From: Octopus bimaculoides
Taxonomy: Eukaryota
Assembly: GCF_001194135.2 (NCBI RefSeq)
Contig: NC_068985.1
Location: 81,393,054 to 81,444,826, forward strand
DNA: 51,773 nucleotides
Direction: 5' to 3'
Position numbers and translations under genes: made by a program. The notes under the pieces are model-generated. The model saw only the letters and a program-made list of their open reading frames with translations, made no database searches and had not been told where the DNA came from. Positions within the stretch are counted from its first letter, which is position 1; each line of letters begins with the position of its first letter. Positions 49,096-51,773 of the stretch are shown here, in pieces.

Positions 49096-49303
49096 TTAAT
49101 CCTTTAGCATTTAAGCTGGCCATATCTGGCCCAAATATTCCACTTGTTTTATGTTCGAATCTGACCTATCTCACCTACCCTACAATGTCATTCTTAATAT
49201 AAACAATCACATCATTGAAATATCAATGTGCACGATTAATTTTTTTAAATGTGAATAAATAAGTATTATATTTGATAGAATAATCTGAATGTTAAAGGGT
49301 TAA
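49096..49303 (+). mobile_element. piggyBac-type MITE, 208 bp, TTAA at both ends
   Basis: TTAAtcctttagcattt...aatgttaaagggTTAA; imperfect ~12-bp TIR and TTAA target. Confidence 0.85.
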
Positions 49304-50060
49304 TGGTAAGCAATTAATGTGAGTTAATGGAATATTGTTAGCATGGATTTCATTACATTATTATCCTAATCCTTTGTATTTTCATCTACAGTATCATTTG
49401 CTAATCCCCATGTCTTTTGGTTAGGATTAAACTGAACTACTTTCTATTTCTTATGCATTGTCTCAAAGTCTTAAACTTTCATACTAAGTAACAAACATTA
49501 AAAAAAGATGCTAAACTGCATAAATAACCAATGTATCTCTTTTAAATATCATATTTCAAAAATTAATGAATACATATGATGAATATCACAAGTATAAACT
49601 AAAAAGTTAACTCTACTGATTCCTTTCCCGTTTTATTACAAAATTGACACTAAAAACAAATTCAAAGAACATTTGAGGCTTTAGTCAAAACAAAATTTTA
49701 AGATACTCATATACATTACTTTTGAACTTTATCATTGATATATAGTTTCATAAATATATTTTTGACAGTATTCTAAATTTATCTACCTATCTCTATCTAC
49801 TCATTTCTTTATTAATATACAAAGCTGTTATTCAAATTGTAAAGATACTGCTTAAAACATGAAATATAACCTCATACAATATTAATTTGATACAAACAAA
49901 TTAGCATGAATTTAATTACTACTTCTTTATAATATTAAAATCTCAATCATAATATATATTTTCTATACAAGAGGTGTTATTTTTCTAATTGTGTAACTAA
50001 TAATTCTTCTTTTAAATTCCAATAGATTAACAAAGAGAAAGAGACAAAAGGGAACAATAT

Positions 50061-50160
50061 NNNNNNNNNNNNNNNNNNNNNNNNNNNNNNNNNNNNNNNN
50101 NNNNNNNNNNNNNNNNNNNNNNNNNNNNNNNNNNNNNNNNNNNNNNNNNNNNNNNNNNNN
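50061..50160. other. Assembly gap (100 N, probably unknown size)
   Basis: Ns. Confidence 1.
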
Positions 50161-51720
50161 TATATATTTATATATATATTTATATATATATTTATATATA
50201 TATATATATAGATATTAAATTTGGATTTTGTTTAATCTGGATATAACACATGAATGACTCTGTACTCAAGCTATACACATATACACAGATGTGCGTGTGT
50301 GTGTGTGTGTGTGTGTGCATGCATGTGTGTATCATAATTTAAGTGTTACAATATACATACAAATGTATATTTTGCATGATCCAAATGCATATCTGATATA
50401 GAACTTAATGAGTAGGATAGAGTGGATACATATTTTATTATTATTAAAAAACAACAGTCTGTTCTGTGATTTGCCCTTGGCTGATCATGACTGTGGAACA
50501 GAAAAAGGAGTCAGTATTTCAAATTAGGAATCACAATTATAATTAACAGCCCTACCAATCCAGATGTATCTAATGTCCCGCTAATTTTATAAGTACTGCA
50601 GGTCACTTTTTCTCTTGCACAGTCGTGATCAGCCAGGGGCAAAACTCAGAGTAGACTATCAACTTTTGATTGATACATATGCATACATACATACATATGT
50701 ATGTATGTATGTACATACATACAAACATATATACATACATATGTATATCTATCTATCTGTATATATGTTTAATATATATTACATATTTATATTTATACAT
50801 AATGTTAAAAACATGTGCTTTTAAAAATACTTAAAAACAAACAAATATTGACTGATTAAAGAACTCATTATACATGTAGAGAAGAATATTTATTACAGTT
50901 TTGTTGAAAGGGATTTTGAAGTTGTGCCAGTGATAGCTTAATGGTTTATATGTATATATTTTATATGCAATATATGTTTCATGACATCTAGCAATTGGAG
51001 AAGGGACAAAATCTTACAGCTGTTTCAGCCTCATGTTGGCATGCCCCATTCTCTCTGTATAACTCCAGTACGCTGGAGTAATTAGTAGATGAAGATGATG
51101 TAATGGGGGTACATACATGATTCACTAGGCCTCTTCAGAGATTTACAAAGTTTAATCCATGAATTTTGCAAAATTCACATACAAATATAAAATAACAATA
51201 AAAAATAAAAATATAAAATATATAAACACATACAAAAAGTATATAAAAAACCATATAGAGTCGTAAAAGCTCATGAGTACATATATGTGTGCTCAGATGC
51301 ACATACACAGATGCCTGTACATGCATACCAAAATAGTCAACAGTCACTGTTACCATATGTGAGGGGAACAGACACATATATATATATATATATTACCCTA
51401 CACATACATACATATATGTATATATAAATACACCCAAACATACATGATCCCTGGTAAAACGTTTTTTGTTGCATTTGGAAAGCTGCTTATATGCTACATC
51501 TGTGACGTACGTGCGTGCGTGCCAGTTCTGTATGTGGTGGAGGGGTCTATGTCGGAATTATTTCTTGAGGAATTGTTGATATAATAATAACAGTAATAAT
51601 AATATGTCAATTTTTTAAAATTGTGATGAGGTACTCCATTATTTTTTCGGATGGAGAAGATGGGGTCCTTCTAGTAGTGGGTATTTAGAATCATGCTGGT
51701 ATTTGGGGAGAGGTAATTTT

Positions 51721-51773
<53 letters not shown>

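Overview
AT-rich eukaryotic (animal) genomic DNA with four assembly gaps and dense microsatellites. There are no prokaryotic features: no operons, CRISPR arrays, rRNA or bona fide tRNA genes. From recalled repeat families and composition, the source is most likely an octopus (coleoid cephalopod); this is inference, not a database result. Most of the window is intronic or intergenic and filled with mobile-element debris. This includes at least three tRNA-derived SINE families, many RTE-LINE 3' ends, two R4/Dong-clade LINE relics, a CR1/L2/Jockey-type RT relic, a Ty1/copia relic lacking integrase, an internally deleted mariner nested in a SINE, TTAA-flanked piggyBac-type MITEs and a ~250-bp near-perfect palindrome. 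A plus-strand host gene is probably present as small, widely spaced exons. A phase-compatible chain (23151-23190, 29069-29156, 42461-42744) is the best-supported part, with weaker upstream candidates; I cannot name the protein. Most ORFs in the supplied track are microsatellite, gap or antisense-TE artefacts. I found no convincing wholly novel biological system. The most interesting observations are structural: an inverted LINE segment with a 24-bp inverted duplication at a retro-insertion junction, SINE arrays in (TAA)n that suggest Dong-type mobilisation, a VNTR inside the RTE 3' UTR, a Snail/Scratch-type E-box triplet, and many intronic inverted repeats that could be ADAR substrates.
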